64,000 nt of DNA from Octopus vulgaris (GCA_951406725.2 OX597816.1:168888001-168952000); one strand, 5' to 3'. Counted from the first letter of the stretch, positions 1 to 13,941 are shown. The notes: generated from the letters alone by a model not told the origin. Translations and numbers: made by a program.

Positions 1-3000
1 CTCAGTATGAATACACATACATATGTATATATATATACATATGTATATGCATACATATGTACATAGATACATATGTACATTCATACATATGTACATAGAT
101 ACATATGTACATACATACATATGTACATACATACATATGTACATACATATGTACATACATATGTATATACATACATATGTACATACATATGTATATACAT
201 ACATATGTACATACATATGTATATACATACATATGTATATACATACATACATATGTACATACATATGTATATACATACATATGTACATACATACATATAT
301 ACATACATATGTATATACATACATATGTACATACATATGTATATACATACATATGTACATACATATACATACATACATATGTACATACATATAATACATA
401 TGTATATACATACATATGTACATACATACATATGTACATACATACATATGTACATACATATGTACATACATACATATGTACATACATATGTACATACATA
501 CATATGTACATACATACATACATATGTACATACATATGTACATACATACATATGTACATACATACATATGTACATACATACATATGTACATACATACATA
601 TGTACATACATACATATGTACATACATACATATGTACATACATACATATGTACATACATATGTACATACATACATATGTATGTACATACATATGTATATA
701 CATACATATGTACATACATACATATGTACATACATATGTATATACATACATATGTATATACATTGTATACATATGTATATACATACATATGTACATACAT
801 ATGTATACATATGTACATACATATGTATGTACATACATATGTACATACATATGTATGTACATACATATGTATATACATACATATGTATATACATACATAT
901 GTATATACATACATATGTACATTACATACATATGTATATACATATATGTACATATATATACCTATGTATATACACATATATGTACATATGTATATACAAA
1001 TATATATATATACCTATGTATATAAAAATATATATATACGCATGTATATACATATATATACATATGTATATACAACATCATCAGTGTCGTTTAACGTCTG
1101 CTTTCTATGCTAACATGGGTTACATATATACATATGTGGTTACATATATATATATATGTACATATATATATACACATATGTATATACATATATATATATG
1201 CATGCATATACATATATATATATATATATGTATATACATACATATATATATATATGTATATTACATATATATATATATATGCATGCATATACATGTATGT
1301 ATATATATATATACATGTATATACATATATATATACATGTATATACATATATATATATACACATACACATGTATATATATACATGTATATACATATGTAT
1401 ATACATGTATATACATATATATATATACACATACACATGTATATACATATACACATGTATATACATATACACATGTATATATATATACACATGTATATAC
1501 ATATATACACATTTTTTTCTCTTTTTTTTTCTTTTTACTTGTTTCAGTCATTTTGACTGTGGCCATGCTGGAGCACCGCCTTTAATCGAGCAACTCGACC
1601 CCAGGACTTATTCTTTGTAAGCCCAGTACTTATTCTATCGGTCACTTTTGCCGAACCGCTAAGTGAAGGGGACATAAACACACCAGCATCGGTTGTCAAG
1701 CAATGCTAAGGGGACAAACACAGACACACAAACATATATATATATATATATATACGATGGGCTTCTTTCAGTTTCCGTCTACCATATCCACTCACAAGGC
1801 CTTGGTCGGCCCGAGGCTATAGTAGAAGACACTTGCCCAAGGTGCCACGCAGTGGGACTGAACCCGGAACCATGTGGTTGGTAAACAAGCTACTTACCAC
1901 ACAGCCACATATATATACATGTATATATACATATATACACACATATATATATGCATATATATACATATATATATACACATATATACACACATATATATAC
2001 ACATATATACACACATATATATACACATATATATACACATATATATACACATATATACACATGTATATACACATATATATACACATGTATATACATATAT
2101 ATACACATGTATATACATATATATATACACATGTATATACATATATATACACATGTATATACATATATATACACATGTATATACATATATATATATATAT
2201 ACATATGTATATACATATATATATATATGCATATATATACATATGTGTATGCATGTATATACATATATAATCTATATACACATATGTATATACATATATA
2301 TACACACATATATACATACATACATATACAGATATACATACATACATATACAGATATACATACATATATATATACATAAAATAGATATATATATATATAT
2401 ACATACATACACAAATATATATATACATACATATATATATACACATACATATTTACATATACGTATATACCTATATAGGTATATACTTATACATACATAT
2501 ACGTATATACATATATGTGTATACATATACGTATAAATATACATATATACATATACGTATAAATATACATATATACATATGCGTATAAATATACATATAT
2601 ACATATGCGTATAAATATACATATATTCATATGCGTATAAATATACATATACGTATAAATATACATATATACATATGCGTATAAATATACATATAAATAT
2701 ATATATACATATATACGTATATATATTTATACACACATATCCATATATATATATATATATACATATTTATACACACATCCATATACATATTTATATACAC
2801 ACATCCATATATATATTTATATACATATACATATTTATACACACATCCATATATATTTATATACATATACATATTTATATACACATCCATATTGTGACAT
2901 ATTTATACACACATCCATATATATATTTATATACATATATACATATTTATATACATATTTATACACATATCCATATATATATATTTATATACATATATAC

Positions 3001-3305
3001 ATATTTATATACACATCCATATATATATATATTTATATACATATACATATTTATATACACACATTCATATATATATTTATGTACATATGCATATTTACAT
3101 ACACACCTCCATATATACATATTTATATACATATTTATACACACATCCATATATATATATTTATATACACACATCCATATATATATTTATATACATATAT
3201 ACATATTTATACACACATCCATATATATATATATATATTTATATACATATTTATACACACATCCATATATATATTTATATACATATATACATATTTATAC
3301 ATATA
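1..3305. repeat. Compound low-complexity microsatellite field (ATAC/ATGT/TA-rich, several sub-blocks), interrupted by a SINE at about 1531-1908
   Basis: Near-continuous alternating purine/pyrimidine repeats (tacatacatatg, tatatacaca, catatttatacacacatc). The long Y/I/H/M/C/V/T ORFs are translation artefacts of this repeat. Confidence 0.97.
1531..1908 (-). mobile_element. SINE family A copy (tRNA-derived head, internal (TA)n/(TG)n tract, AAAAGAGT-type tail)
   Basis: About 400-450 bp unit repeated many times in the window. Head ggagtggctgtgtggtaag...gggttcagtccc has A/B-box-like motifs; tail is gactgaaacaagtaaaag. Confidence 0.9.
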
Positions 3306-4259
3306 TTTGATTTGATATACACAGAGATGTATTTATGCGAAATAATCGAACAAAGATAGCGGAAAGAGAAATCTAAATAACATGTCTAATTACAATGCAG
3401 TCTTTTGGCAGAATGGTGACAGACAGAAAAAATAATATTTTTCTCCAGTTGACGCCCAGAGAATGCAAACAGCAGGAGCAAAATAGCTTCTCCTAAACAT
3501 ATATAAATAAAGAGAATTAGATATTGCTCGGTAAAACGATTAAATAGGGCCCAGGAAATGATTTAAAACGAGAGAGAGAGAGTGCTCGCCATATTGGAAA
3601 GAAGGTGAAACATTTCTCTAGATTTTTAAAGGGCAACGGATAGATGAAAGGAGGCATCTTTTTACCTGGACATTATGATGTTTGGATTCAATCTCTAGCT
3701 CCGTGTGTATGTTTGACATCTGATCCGACGGCTGGTTTATTCAACTGGTCTTGTTTTGCTCTCCTTCATGTAAATCCAGCGAGAAACAAACGATAGTATC
3801 CTTCCCGGAAACTAGATACAGCCTCCATTGCACAACATCTCGCAAACTTTCGTAAGCTTTCACGTAAGTTCTCGTTCTTCAATTCTTCAATTTCAACATT
3901 GGAGATCCGTATTTTTTCTACAGGCTTTATAAACCCTTTACAAGGCTTTATTAAGATTCAATAGGGGTTCATTAATTTTTTAATAAAAAATAAACTTCAA
4001 AGTAAGAGATGTAGCAAGACGGGATTCAATTATATTTCAAGTAGCACCTGCTAAATTCACTAATTCACTAATTTTGTGTGTTTTGACAATTCTACACACT
4101 TCCCTGAGTATAAATGTTAATAGAGATAACGAGGGAACCTCCACTCCAGTCGCTCTCAATTAGTGCACCGCGATTCGCTTCTACATTATAAAGGGTATTT
4201 ACGTGAAGTGGGGAATTAAAAAAAAATATATAGTTTTGGGTATATTAAAATATATGCTA

Positions 4260-4671
4260 GGATGTTTTCGGTTTGAACGGCAGTTTTTAACATAATTTCT
4301 AGGTAACTAAAAAATTTTAAACTTCGTATACTGGTAGAATGTGTTTATAAAACATCTTTTTCTCTTGGCTTTATTTAGAAATTTCTATAGTTTGTAAGAT
4401 ATTTGTTGTTTTTTTTCTTCAATTTCTGCAATTTCAACCAATCACTGACGTCTATTGAGGTAAAAAAAACATTCTGTGCCGTATGAATATGTCCCTCGTT
4501 CTGTTTATTTACATTTGTGAAGAAAAAAAGATAGCCTTCCCCCCACCCTTAATCCTAACCCTAACCCTAAAACAGATTGAAATGCAATAGATCGATACTA
4601 GGGTCATAATTATGGGTGACAATTTCATATGACACCGCTAGAAAAAACTGCCGTTCAAACCGAAAAGATCC
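4260..4671. mobile_element. MITE family M1 (TIR GGATCTTTTCGGTTTGAACGGCAGTTTT), internal (CCCTAA)n
   Basis: About 28-bp terminal inverted repeats, non-coding about 410 bp body, at least 7 copies in the window. Confidence 0.9.
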
Positions 4672-5316
4672 AAAAAATATAGTTTGGGGTATATCAAAAT
4701 ATATGCTATTCATAAGTTCAGTTATTTGAAACTCCGGAATCAATAATTTTCAGTTATTTAAAAAAAATTTTTCATCCGAATACATCTTTTGAAGCTTTCC
4801 CCGTCGAGTAAATGAGTAAATTTTTCATTTGAAGTCCTTTGTAGCACGACGTCAAAAACATTAATAACTAGTTCCACATTATAGCATACAAATTTCTTAA
4901 AAAAAAAATTAACGCAACAATCATTCAAGATAAACGAATAGACGGGGTGTCCATGGTTGGAATACCTTCGATAATACGTTTGGTCATTCAGGTTTCTAAC
5001 ATGTGGCTGAATAACAGCCTGGTGTTATTTTAAACCTATACCGTGTCCCAAGGACCAAATGCAACTCGTTAGCTTGGCATGATTCCTTTAAGCAAACGAC
5101 TAGCTGGGTGTGTCTGTGTTTGAATTGTTCGTGTCTGTGTGATACATTGTTCGAGATAGCAGCTCTTATAGACGTATAGGGCTAGAAAAAAAACACACAG
5201 AAACATGTTAGTAGCAGACGAAAATTGTCCCACGGCGGTGGTAGCATTGCTAAATATATATTTCTGCGTCGTATCTACTGGCATCCGCATGCTAAGACAA
5301 AATCCCAAGTGTGATA

Positions 5317-5528
5317 CACTCTTTACTCTTTTACTTGTTTCAGTCATATGACTGCGGCCATGCTGGAGCACCGCCTTTAATCGAGCAAACTCGACCCCGG
5401 GACTTATTCTTTTGTAAGCCCAGTACTTATTCCTATCGGTCTATCTTTTGCCGAACCGCTAAGTAACGGGGACATAAACACACCAGCATCGGTTGTCAAG
5501 CAATGCTAGGGGGACAAACACACACACA

Positions 5529-5588
<60 letters not shown>

Positions 5589-5753
5589 CGACGGGCTTCT
5601 TTCAGTTTCCGTCTACCAAATCCACTCACAAGGCTTTGGTCTGCCCGAGGCTCTAGTAGAAGACACTTGCCCGAGGTGCCACGCAGTGGGACTGAACCCG
5701 GAACCGTGTGGTTGGTAAACAAGCTACTTACCACACAGCCAGTCCTGCGCCTA
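5317..5753 (-). mobile_element. SINE family A, full-length copy
   Basis: Same sequence as the other family A copies. Confidence 0.9.
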
Positions 5754-6129
5754 TTTGCTATTTTGAACTAATGCTGTTTCTGTCCACTCCTCACGAACTT
5801 TAATTCAGCCTACAGGTTAACAACAACGGTGGTTTTTTAATCACTGTTGTATCTGTATGGGCTGATTTTGTCTAAGTATGTGGTTGCCAATGGAAACAAA
5901 CTACTTTCGATTTCTAAAGTGGCAAAAATACGTATTTAAGCAATGCTACTTCTGCTGCTAGACGCTTTTTGTCTGTTACTGGTATAATTTCTGTGTTAAC
6001 ACTGTACATCTACAAGAAACTTATCAGGCTTTCAAGAATATAAGTACTTTAAGTATAATACACATATTGCTATTTTTAACTAATACTGGTTTTATCACTC
6101 ACCATTAATCCCGACGGGTTTTTTTGGGG

Positions 6130-6543
6130 GGAATCTTTTCGGTTTGAATGGCAGTTTTTAACATAATTTCTAGGTAACTAAAAAATTTTAAACTTCCTAT
6201 ACTGGTAGAATGTGTTTATAAAACATCTTTTTCTCTTGGCTTTATTTAGAAAATTCTATAGTTTGTTAGATATTTGTTTTTTTTTTTCTTCAATTTCAAC
6301 CAATCAATGACGTCTATTGAGGTAAAAAAACAACCATTCTGTGCCATATGAATATGTCCCTCGTTTAAGAAACAGATTGGATTTATTTACATTTGTGAAG
6401 AAAAAAAAGATACCCTTCTCCCACCCCTAACCATAACCCTAAAACAGATTGAAATGCAATAGATCGATACTAGGGTTATAATTATGGGTGACAATTTCAT
6501 ATGACACCACTAGAAAAAACTGCCGTTCAAACCGAAAAGATCC
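6130..6543. mobile_element. MITE family M1
   Basis: TIRs gaatcttttcggtttgaatggcag / ctgccgttcaaaccgaaaagatcc; body matches 4260-4671. Confidence 0.9.
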
Positions 6544-6694
6544 TTTTTTTTTCTCTTCAGTTTTTTTTTCCTCAATCTTTCAGTTGAAGAATGTAGGCTC
6601 AAAGATTTTTCCAGTTTTCCGAAATGTCAAATTAATATGCCTTACTTGTTGTTCTTTCACCTATCTCAGTCTTTCGAATTTTTTTTTGTACATT

Positions 6695-7650
6695 TGATCA
6701 ATAAGTATCCGGACTGTTGCCATAGTAACAAAGCTAAAAAACATAGAATGAAGTTGTTTGGCACAGACTGACTTTGAACTTTGTTGTGCATGCACACTAA
6801 GTTTTAACATTCTAGCTCACTTCTGCCATTTACAGCAGTGCTTGGAAGGAAGGTGTGTAGTGTGTGATCATCACATTGACTATGGCAGAGAACGTTGTCA
6901 TGGTGGGTGATACCTGCTCAGAGGCCTGCAGAAAGTATATGAACCGCATGCATGTAGACGAGTGGTTCAGACGTTTCCGAGATGGCTGAAAAATGTTGAT
7001 ATTGATGAAATGTTCTCGGTGACCCACAACCAGCGGAACTGAGACAAAATGGTCTGTCAGAGCTGGTGGAGTGTGAGGGAAACATAAACAGAAAGGTGGA
7101 CTTAGCGTAAAATTGCAGAAAATCTTGGGACCCTGCTTTCAGCTATTTCAGAGTAATTGTGCAATGCACCAGAGAGGGGAAGGAGTCCACATCAGCTTGC
7201 AAAAAGGACTCCTTCCAATCTTCTCCAGAGATGAAATGATTAAATAATGCTGTCTATTTATGGAAGATGGGGCTCCTTGTCACAGAGCTTAAAAGATTGG
7301 TTGGAAGAGAATGGCATTAAAAGGCTTCCGTGACCAAGCCAGTTACTAGATACGAACCCTATTGAACACCTCTATGACATAATGGGCAGGAAACTTTTAT
7401 GAAAAGAACAAGAAAGCATCTTCATCTTTTGAGATTTTTGCATGAAACTTAACAAGAAATTCCTCATGAGAATATTCGTCATCTGATCAGTAGCATGCCC
7501 AATAGGGTCCTTGCATTAAAAAATGCAATGAGTATGTCTACTAAATATTAGCTATTCACATTATAATAATTAATAAATAACTTGAATGCATAATTTCAGA
7601 TTTAAATAAATTCTAATGATGTGTCTTTTTACTTCTGTCATGCCTGTGTA
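6695..7650 (+). mobile_element. Degenerate mariner 5' fragment followed by a Tc1-type 3' fragment
   Basis: Remnants of V.EWFRRFRDG (mariner HTH), NPIEHL and SMPNRV.ALKNA motifs. Ends in TIR-like tctttttacttctgtcatgcctgtgta, also seen at about 19505-19533. Confidence 0.6.
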
Positions 7651-7737
7651 CATCGCCTGTACAGCTTTCCCCAGCCACTTGTCCTCAGAACTCATCATAT
7701 CACACAGTGGGTACTCTATCAAATGCTTTCTCTAGAC

Positions 7738-7938
7738 CAGTGCTTTTCAAACTTTTTGCTGGAGCAGAACCCCAAGGAAACATTCCACTGACTCGAGGAA
7801 CCCCTGTGCAATAATTTAATAGTCTTATGCACACATATCTGCACAGGAGAATTAAAAATTACAGCTGATTTTAGCAGTTTTGTAACTTCTTGCGGAACCC
7901 CTGGACTGTACTGGCGGAACCCTGGTTGAAAACTACTG
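7738..7938. mobile_element. hAT-type MITE with perfect 8-bp TSD CTCTAGAC
   Basis: Termini cagtgcttttcaa / ttgaaaactactg; TSD at 7730-7737 and 7939-7946. Confidence 0.88.
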
Positions 7939-8250
7939 CTCTAGACCAACAAATGCCAGGTATAATGGTTTGTTCTTAGTTAAGCACTTCTTTTGGTTTA
8001 TTCTTAGTTAAGTATTTCTCTCGGCTTGTAAATATATATGTATATAAGTTCCACAAGATTAGAAAGTTGACTAAAGGAGGAGTTACAGTAAAAATTATAA
8101 AGACAAGGAAAGAGATGAGGAAGAAGAATGATGGAATAGCTAAAGGAGAGTAATTTATTATGAGATGTTCGTTAACGGTACAAGAAAAAAATTGGCTATA
8201 AAACTAAGTTACAAAAATGTGTATGGAAGCTAGATTGAAAGAAGCAATAA

Positions 8251-8634
8251 TTCCCTTTTGTATCACCCCATAAAATTTTTTGAAAAATATTAGATATGGT
8301 GGAAAATCGATTTCCTACTGTGTCTTATAATAATAATGATGAGGGAGTCATAAAAATTTGGAATTTCTATGAAAAATAAATTAATTTCTGTATTATGTAT
8401 TATTCATGTCCCAATTTGCCTAACGTTAAGGCCTGAATTGCCTAACTATATGAAATTTGCCAAACCTTGGTAGGTGAATATACGTAATACAGAAATTAAG
8501 TTTTTTTAATTAAAATTCTTAAATTTCATGACTTTCTCATCATTATTATTATTATAAGATATGGTAGGAAATCAATTTTCTACCATGTCTAATTAAAAAA
8601 AAAAATTTTATGGGGGTTGGAGGTACAAAAGGAA
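8251..8634. mobile_element. AT-rich foldback/MITE-like imperfect inverted repeat (about 150-bp arms)
   Basis: ttcccttttgtatcaccccataaaattttt...ttctgtattatgtatt is mirrored by tacgtaatacagaaatt...aaaattttatgggggttggaggtacaaaaggaa. Confidence 0.7.
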
Positions 8635-8775
8635 GTCTTTCCCGAAAGAAGCCCAGTATATAACAAAACAAAAAAATTAAGAGTAAGAGAGATATGGTCA
8701 GGCCATTTGATTTCGGAGATACTAAGCAGACCAACGATGTTCATTATTTATTGAATAAAATATTTGGGGAACTTG

Positions 8776-9146
8776 GATCTTTTCGGTTTGAACGGCAGTT
8801 TTTTCTAGCAGTGTCATATGAAATTGTCACCCATAATTATGACCCTAGTATTGATCTATTGCATTTCAATCTGTTTTAGGGTTAGGGTTTGGGGGAAGGG
8901 TATCTTTTTTTCTTCACAAATGTAAATAAACCCAATCTGTTTCTTAAACGAGGGACATATTCATACGGCACAGAATGTTTTTTACCTCAATAGACGTCAC
9001 TGATTGGTTGAAATTGCAGAAATTGAAGAAAAAAGTCCCACTGCGTGGCATCTTGGGCAAGTGTCTTCTGCTATAGCCCCGGGCCGACCAATGCCTTGTG
9101 AGTGGATTTGGTAGACGGAAACTGAAAGAAGCCTGTCGTATATATG

Positions 9147-9177
<31 letters not shown>

Positions 9178-9531
9178 GTTTGTGTGTCTGTGTTTGTCCC
9201 CCTAGCATTGCTTGACAACCGATGCTTGTGTGTTTACGTCCCCGTCACTTAGCGGTTCGGCAAAATAGACCGATAGAATAAGTACTGGGCTTACAAAGAA
9301 TAAGTTCCGGGGTCGATTTGCTCGACTAAAGGCGGTGCTCCAGCATGGCCGCAGTCAAATGACTGAAACAAGTAAAAGAGAAAGAGAAATATCTTACAAA
9401 CTATAGAATTTTCTCAATAAAGCCAAGAGAAAAAAATGTTCTATAAACACATTCTACCAGTATACGAAGTTTAAAGTTTTTTAGTTACCTACAAATTATT
9501 TTAAAAACTGCCGTTCTAACCGAAAAGATCC
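8776..9531. mobile_element. MITE M1 (opposite orientation) with a 5'-truncated SINE A inserted at about 9035-9387
   Basis: Both TIRs present; body split by the SINE A sequence; imperfect 8-bp TSD gggaactt/tagaactt. Confidence 0.88.
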
Positions 9532-9666
9532 TAGAACTTCCACTAAAACTGTTAGAATTGCTATCTGTGACCTTTTTCTTTTTTTTTTTTAAACTGTCCT
9601 TGACATTGAAAATCTGCTGAAATGAATAATTTTCCAACCACAGTAATCTCCCTTTATGGCTGAAAC

Positions 9667-9791
9667 ATGGCCGTGACTCCAGCTCACATCACGAAACAAG
9701 TAATTAAACGGTTATCTAAAGTAAACCTACGTCCCGTGAAAAGGATTGCATTCACTTTTAATCCATTCGTCGGCGATGTCATTTCGCTGAG
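9667..9791 (+). CDS. MRPL53: Mitochondrial large-subunit ribosomal protein L53, exon 1 (MAVTPAHITKQVIKRLSKVNLRPVKRIAFTFNPFVGDVISLR)
   Basis: ATG at 9667, donor AG|GTACGT, phase 2. LRPVKRIAFTFNPF matches the mL53 motif (human LRPVKQVRVQFCPF, recalled from memory). Confidence 0.9.
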
Positions 9792-9876
9792 GTACGTATA
9801 GCTTTTACAGCCTTAACCGAAACTATAACTGAAATAATGTTGGTGTTTGCTATGTGTTCATTATATATTCTTCAAA

Positions 9877-10308
9877 AGGCGTCGAGCTGGCAGAGTGGTT
9901 AGCGCGCCGGGCGAAGTGCGTAGCCGTATTTCGTCTGCCGTTACGTTCTGGGTTCAAATACCGCCGAGGTCGACTTTGCCTTTCATCTTTGCACTTTCAT
10001 CCTTTCGGGGTCGATAAATTAAGTACCAGTTACGCACTGGGGTCATATAATCGACTTAATCCGTTTGTCCTTGTTTGTCCTCTCTGTGTTTAGCCCCTTG
10101 TGGTTAGTAAAAAAATAGAAATAGGTATTTCGTCTGTCTTTATGTTCTGAGTTCAAATTCCGCCGAGGTTGACTTTGCTTTTCATCCTCCCGGGGTCGAT
10201 TAAATTAGTACCAGTTACGCACTGGCGTCAATATAATCGATTTAATCCGTTTGTCTGTCCTTGTCTGTCCTCTCTGTGTTTAATCCCTTGTGGGTAGTAA
10301 AGAAATAA
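9877..10308 (+). mobile_element. SINE family B, full copy plus a tandem 5'-truncated second copy
   Basis: Head gagctggcagagtggttagc...gttcaaat(t)cc; central gaggtcgactttgcctttcatcctttcggggtcgataaattaagtacc; A-rich tail. Confidence 0.88.
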
Positions 10309-11099
10309 GAAACTTTATCAAAATTCGAAACTCAAAATGTTGATTTTTTTTTTTTTTATCTAAGGAAGACAGTCACACCAGTTTTATATTCGAAGCGATC
10401 CTTCGTATTACTTTCATCAACCCGCAAAGACGGGAAAAACAGAAATCTATAATAAACATGAACACCAACAAATTTCGGCCAATATAAAGACCCTCACCCG
10501 GAAATCAAATAAATAAATAAATAACTAGCCTGGTGGGTGTTAACAAGTATGTTGAAAACGAATATGAAAAAAAAAAAAAAAATGCTCGCTGACGACCCTG
10601 GCGGAGGGAGGAGGGGACTTTCGGAAAATTCACAAGATCCGATTTTTCCGTCATAACCTCCGGTAAAATGGATATATATTGATTTTTTTTTTAACGGAAT
10701 CCCGCGCTTTTTGGTTATGGAGGATCCGATTCTGAAAAAAACATTTTCAAAAATCGCATTTTCGAAATTTCATTGAGTTATCGCAGTTTTGTGAGATTTG
10801 GCTGTTATTTCTAGCATGTAGATAGCCGGTTTCAAGGCCTGAGGGTATTTATTTATTTATTATTATTATTATTTTTCTTGTTGAAAAATTGAAATTTTAC
10901 AAACAAATTTTCTTCAGAATCATAATCTTCGTATTTTTTTACGTATTTTGCCCCCACCCCCAAATTCATGGCACCACCATAATCGTTCGTGCATTTCTAC
11001 TGCTTTTAGTTTGTTTTTTTTTGTCTGTTTTTCAGCTACTATTTTCAGAAAGACTTTTTGCCCTCCCTCCCCCTCCAATTTCTTCATTTTTCACTTTTT

Positions 11100-11435
11100 T
11101 CCGTAACCCTAACCCTAAAACCCTAAAGCTAAAACCAGTACAAACGCATGAATGATGTCATAAATAACAGTGACAAACGAAATATATGCCGCCGAGGGTT
11201 GTTGCTGACAAACAACGGCAGTAATTTTATTCAGCTGAATACACGTCATTGATTGGTTGAAATTACTGAAATACGTCAACTTTAACAAGAAATAACTTTG
11301 AAAATATAAACATTTCTCAACAACACTAAGAGTAAACGATGTTTTATATGACACATTCTGCCAGTGTCCGCAGTTTGAAACTGTTCAGTTACAAAAAATT
11401 AATTTCTCGATCTGCCGTTCAAAAGGAACAGATCC
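11100..11435. mobile_element. Diverged relative of MITE M1 (one TIR end, telomere-like taaccc repeats)
   Basis: Ends in ctgccgttcaaaaggaacagatcc; contains aaccctaaccctaaaaccctaaa and the gattggttgaaatt motif shared with M1. Confidence 0.6.
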
Positions 11436-11959
11436 CCATTTTCCTCCCTAGTATTTGATTTTTTTTTTAATCTTTGAATCTGTCAGCGATGAATCTTATT
11501 ACAGCTGATCACCTAACTTACTAGTTGAGATTTTTATTGTTGTTAATGCAATGAAGTGATGAGAAATGATCTTTAGGTGTTGAGCTTCGCAGAGGAGGTG
11601 ACTAGGGACCAAGGTATCTAGCAATTCCCTGTGCTTGAGAAGACATGTCAAGCTAAGTGGAATTGTAGCCCTACATGCATGTAATTTAAGGCCATGCCCT
11701 TCCACACACACACACAACTGGTACTTGTGTTTTATTGGCAGTATGGTGACCCTCCCAAAGTACAACAATATATGAATGCATGTACTTTTTTTTTTTTACA
11801 TACATTCACACATCCAGTATTAGGAGCTGTTAGAAATAGATAATGTTGATGAGGTGACTAGATGCCCCCCCCCCCCAGAAGGTGAATTGGAGAATCGGCT
11901 TGCAAGATTGTATGGGAAGGAGAATGAGGGGATGAGGGAATGAAGTGGGAGGCATGTTG

Positions 11960-13530
11960 GAGAACAGGGAGAGTGATCGACCAGTTCAAAGCCACAGTCA
12001 TGCACAGCATCCATTAAACCGAAGAATTTGTGTGTTGGAGTATTGTCCTGATGAAACAGAACCCTTTTCATCAGTTTTCCTGGGTATTTGGTCTTGATAG
12101 CTTTTCATAACTACCTCATAAGTTGGCATAGTACACTCCATTGATGGTGTGGCTCTTTTGAAGATAGTCAATAAACACAATACTTTTTGCATCCCCAAAA
12201 ATCGAAGCCATCACCTTCCATGCAGATGAAACAACTTTGGCCTTCTTTGGAGCAGGTGAGGGTGAGTGTTTCCATTGCATGAATTGTTTCTTTGCCTCTG
12301 ATTCACTGTTGAACTCAACACTTATCCTGGGTGACTAAATGTTCAAGGGGACCACCTGGATCATCTGCCTCAAACAATGTCAGATTTTCCATGTGATGTG
12401 ATAGCTTGGTGTGCCAAGACTGAATATATAAACAAGTGCCTGTCCAACAGTGATTGCATCATCCATACTCTCAACAATGCGCCCTTAAATATGGCTTCTG
12501 ATTACAAATATCTTGGGTCATACATATCATCATCTGGAAAAGATTTTCTAACTAGAAAGGGTATGGCCTGGTCAGCCTGTAATGACATGTATAAGATCTG
12601 GTCATCAAATCTAAGTAGAGACTTCAAACTTGAAATCTTCAAAGCCACAGTCGAACCAATTCTACTATATGGCTCAGAAACCTGGACGTTATCAAAGAAG
12701 CTTGAGAGGCGGTTGGATGGAACTTACACTCGCCTCCTTATGAGAACTCAAAATCTCTCGTGGAAGCGCCATCCAACCAAAATGCAAATATATGGGAAAC
12801 TACCACCTGTGTCATCTCTTGTGAAAGGTAGGAGAGTCCAGTTTGCTGGACATTGTTGTAGAGCTGTAAACGAGGCAATTTCTACTCTTCTTCTCTGGAA
12901 GCCATCTACTCGCAATACCAGAGGGCGCACACTCTCCTACCCTGATGTAATCTCCTGGGATACAGGCATCCAGCAACAGGATCTCCGTAATGCCATGATG
13001 GACCTTGAAGTCTGGCGTAGCATGGTAAATTCCATTGTCTCGACCACGGTCGAACAATGATGATGATTACTAGTGTGCTTTTGATCAGGTGTCGGAAGAT
13101 ATAATACCCACTGAGCGGAAACATTCACCATGCCAAGCTCATTGTGCAAAATGTTCTCAACTCTCTCACAGGATATGCTAATAGCATTAGCTCTTTGATC
13201 TATAATCAATTGCCTGTTATCCATCACCATGTGGTGAACACGATCAGTTTTCCTCAGTGATGGTAGTTGGGTCATCTTCAAGATTTTCAGTACTCCTCCT
13301 AAATTCAGCTTCCCACTTTTGCACTGTTGGTAAATCTGGAGTATCATCCCTTAATGTAGCAACCATACCAGCATGAATATCCTCTGGGGCTAAACCCTTA
13401 TTCTGCAGGTATTGATTGCACCATGATGCTAAATTTTGTTCATTTTCAAGAGAAGCCACTACTAGTTACTTAAGAAGTCTTCTTTGAACAGCCAGATGTC
13501 AGTTTACCTGGAAAGAAATAATGCAGACTT
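11960..13530 (-). mobile_element. Degenerate mariner (Mos1/SETMAR-type) transposase, interrupted by an RTE LINE
   Basis: Fragments QYLQNKGLAPEDIHAGMVATL...TVQKWEAEFRR, NILHNELGMVNVSAQWV and LFHQDNTPTHK...VDHSPCSP; frameshifts and stops. Confidence 0.85.
12415..13069 (+). mobile_element. 5'-truncated RTE-clade LINE (ORF2 C-terminus ending directly in a (TGA)n tail)
   Basis: YKYLGS, ILLYGSETWTL and QFAGHC.R motifs; a second copy lies at about 40593-40892; imperfect duplication tggtgtgc/tagtgtgc. Confidence 0.9.
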
Positions 13531-13828
13531 AACTTCACCTCTGTATAATGAATTGAGCATTATTTTTTGTATTTAATTATAAATATTCAGTTTTGACAGG
13601 CACTGTTTGGTTTGCTTATCCATAGGACACATTATTTTGGTTAAAACTAAAAAATTATTCCAACAGTTCTTCCGTTCCTGGTTTAGATAACCTCAGACTA
13701 GAAAACATGCATTTCATGAAGCATCATTTTAAAAATAGAAATTTTCTGTTTCTTAAACACAAATATAACTTTACACTGAAGAACTTGTAAGTTCATTATT
13801 TTATCACGGTATTCTCTTTCTATTCCAG

Positions 13829-13941
13829 GGAATGTTTGTTTCACTTGAACAGTAGAAAAATTCTTGGTACAAATCCCAAGGTTACCATGAAGGTTGATGT
13901 GAAATCTAATTTGTGTGATCCAGTCATGGAAGTAAACTACA
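13829..13941 (+). CDS. MRPL53: MRPL53 exon 2 (ECLFHLNSRKILGTNPKVTMKVDVKSNLCDPVMEVNY)
   Basis: Acceptor ttctattccag, donor A|GTAAGT. Phases 2 and 1 fit exons 1 and 3, and the spacing TN...DV...P is mL53-like. Confidence 0.9.

Noticed and set aside
2-3359. Many long overlapping ORFs (up to 389 aa) in all frames
   Set aside because: They are translations of stop-poor TA/CA microsatellite; no protein-like composition.
4545-4572. Telomere or interstitial telomeric array
   Set aside because: Only 2-3 CCCTAA units, always inside the M1 MITE.
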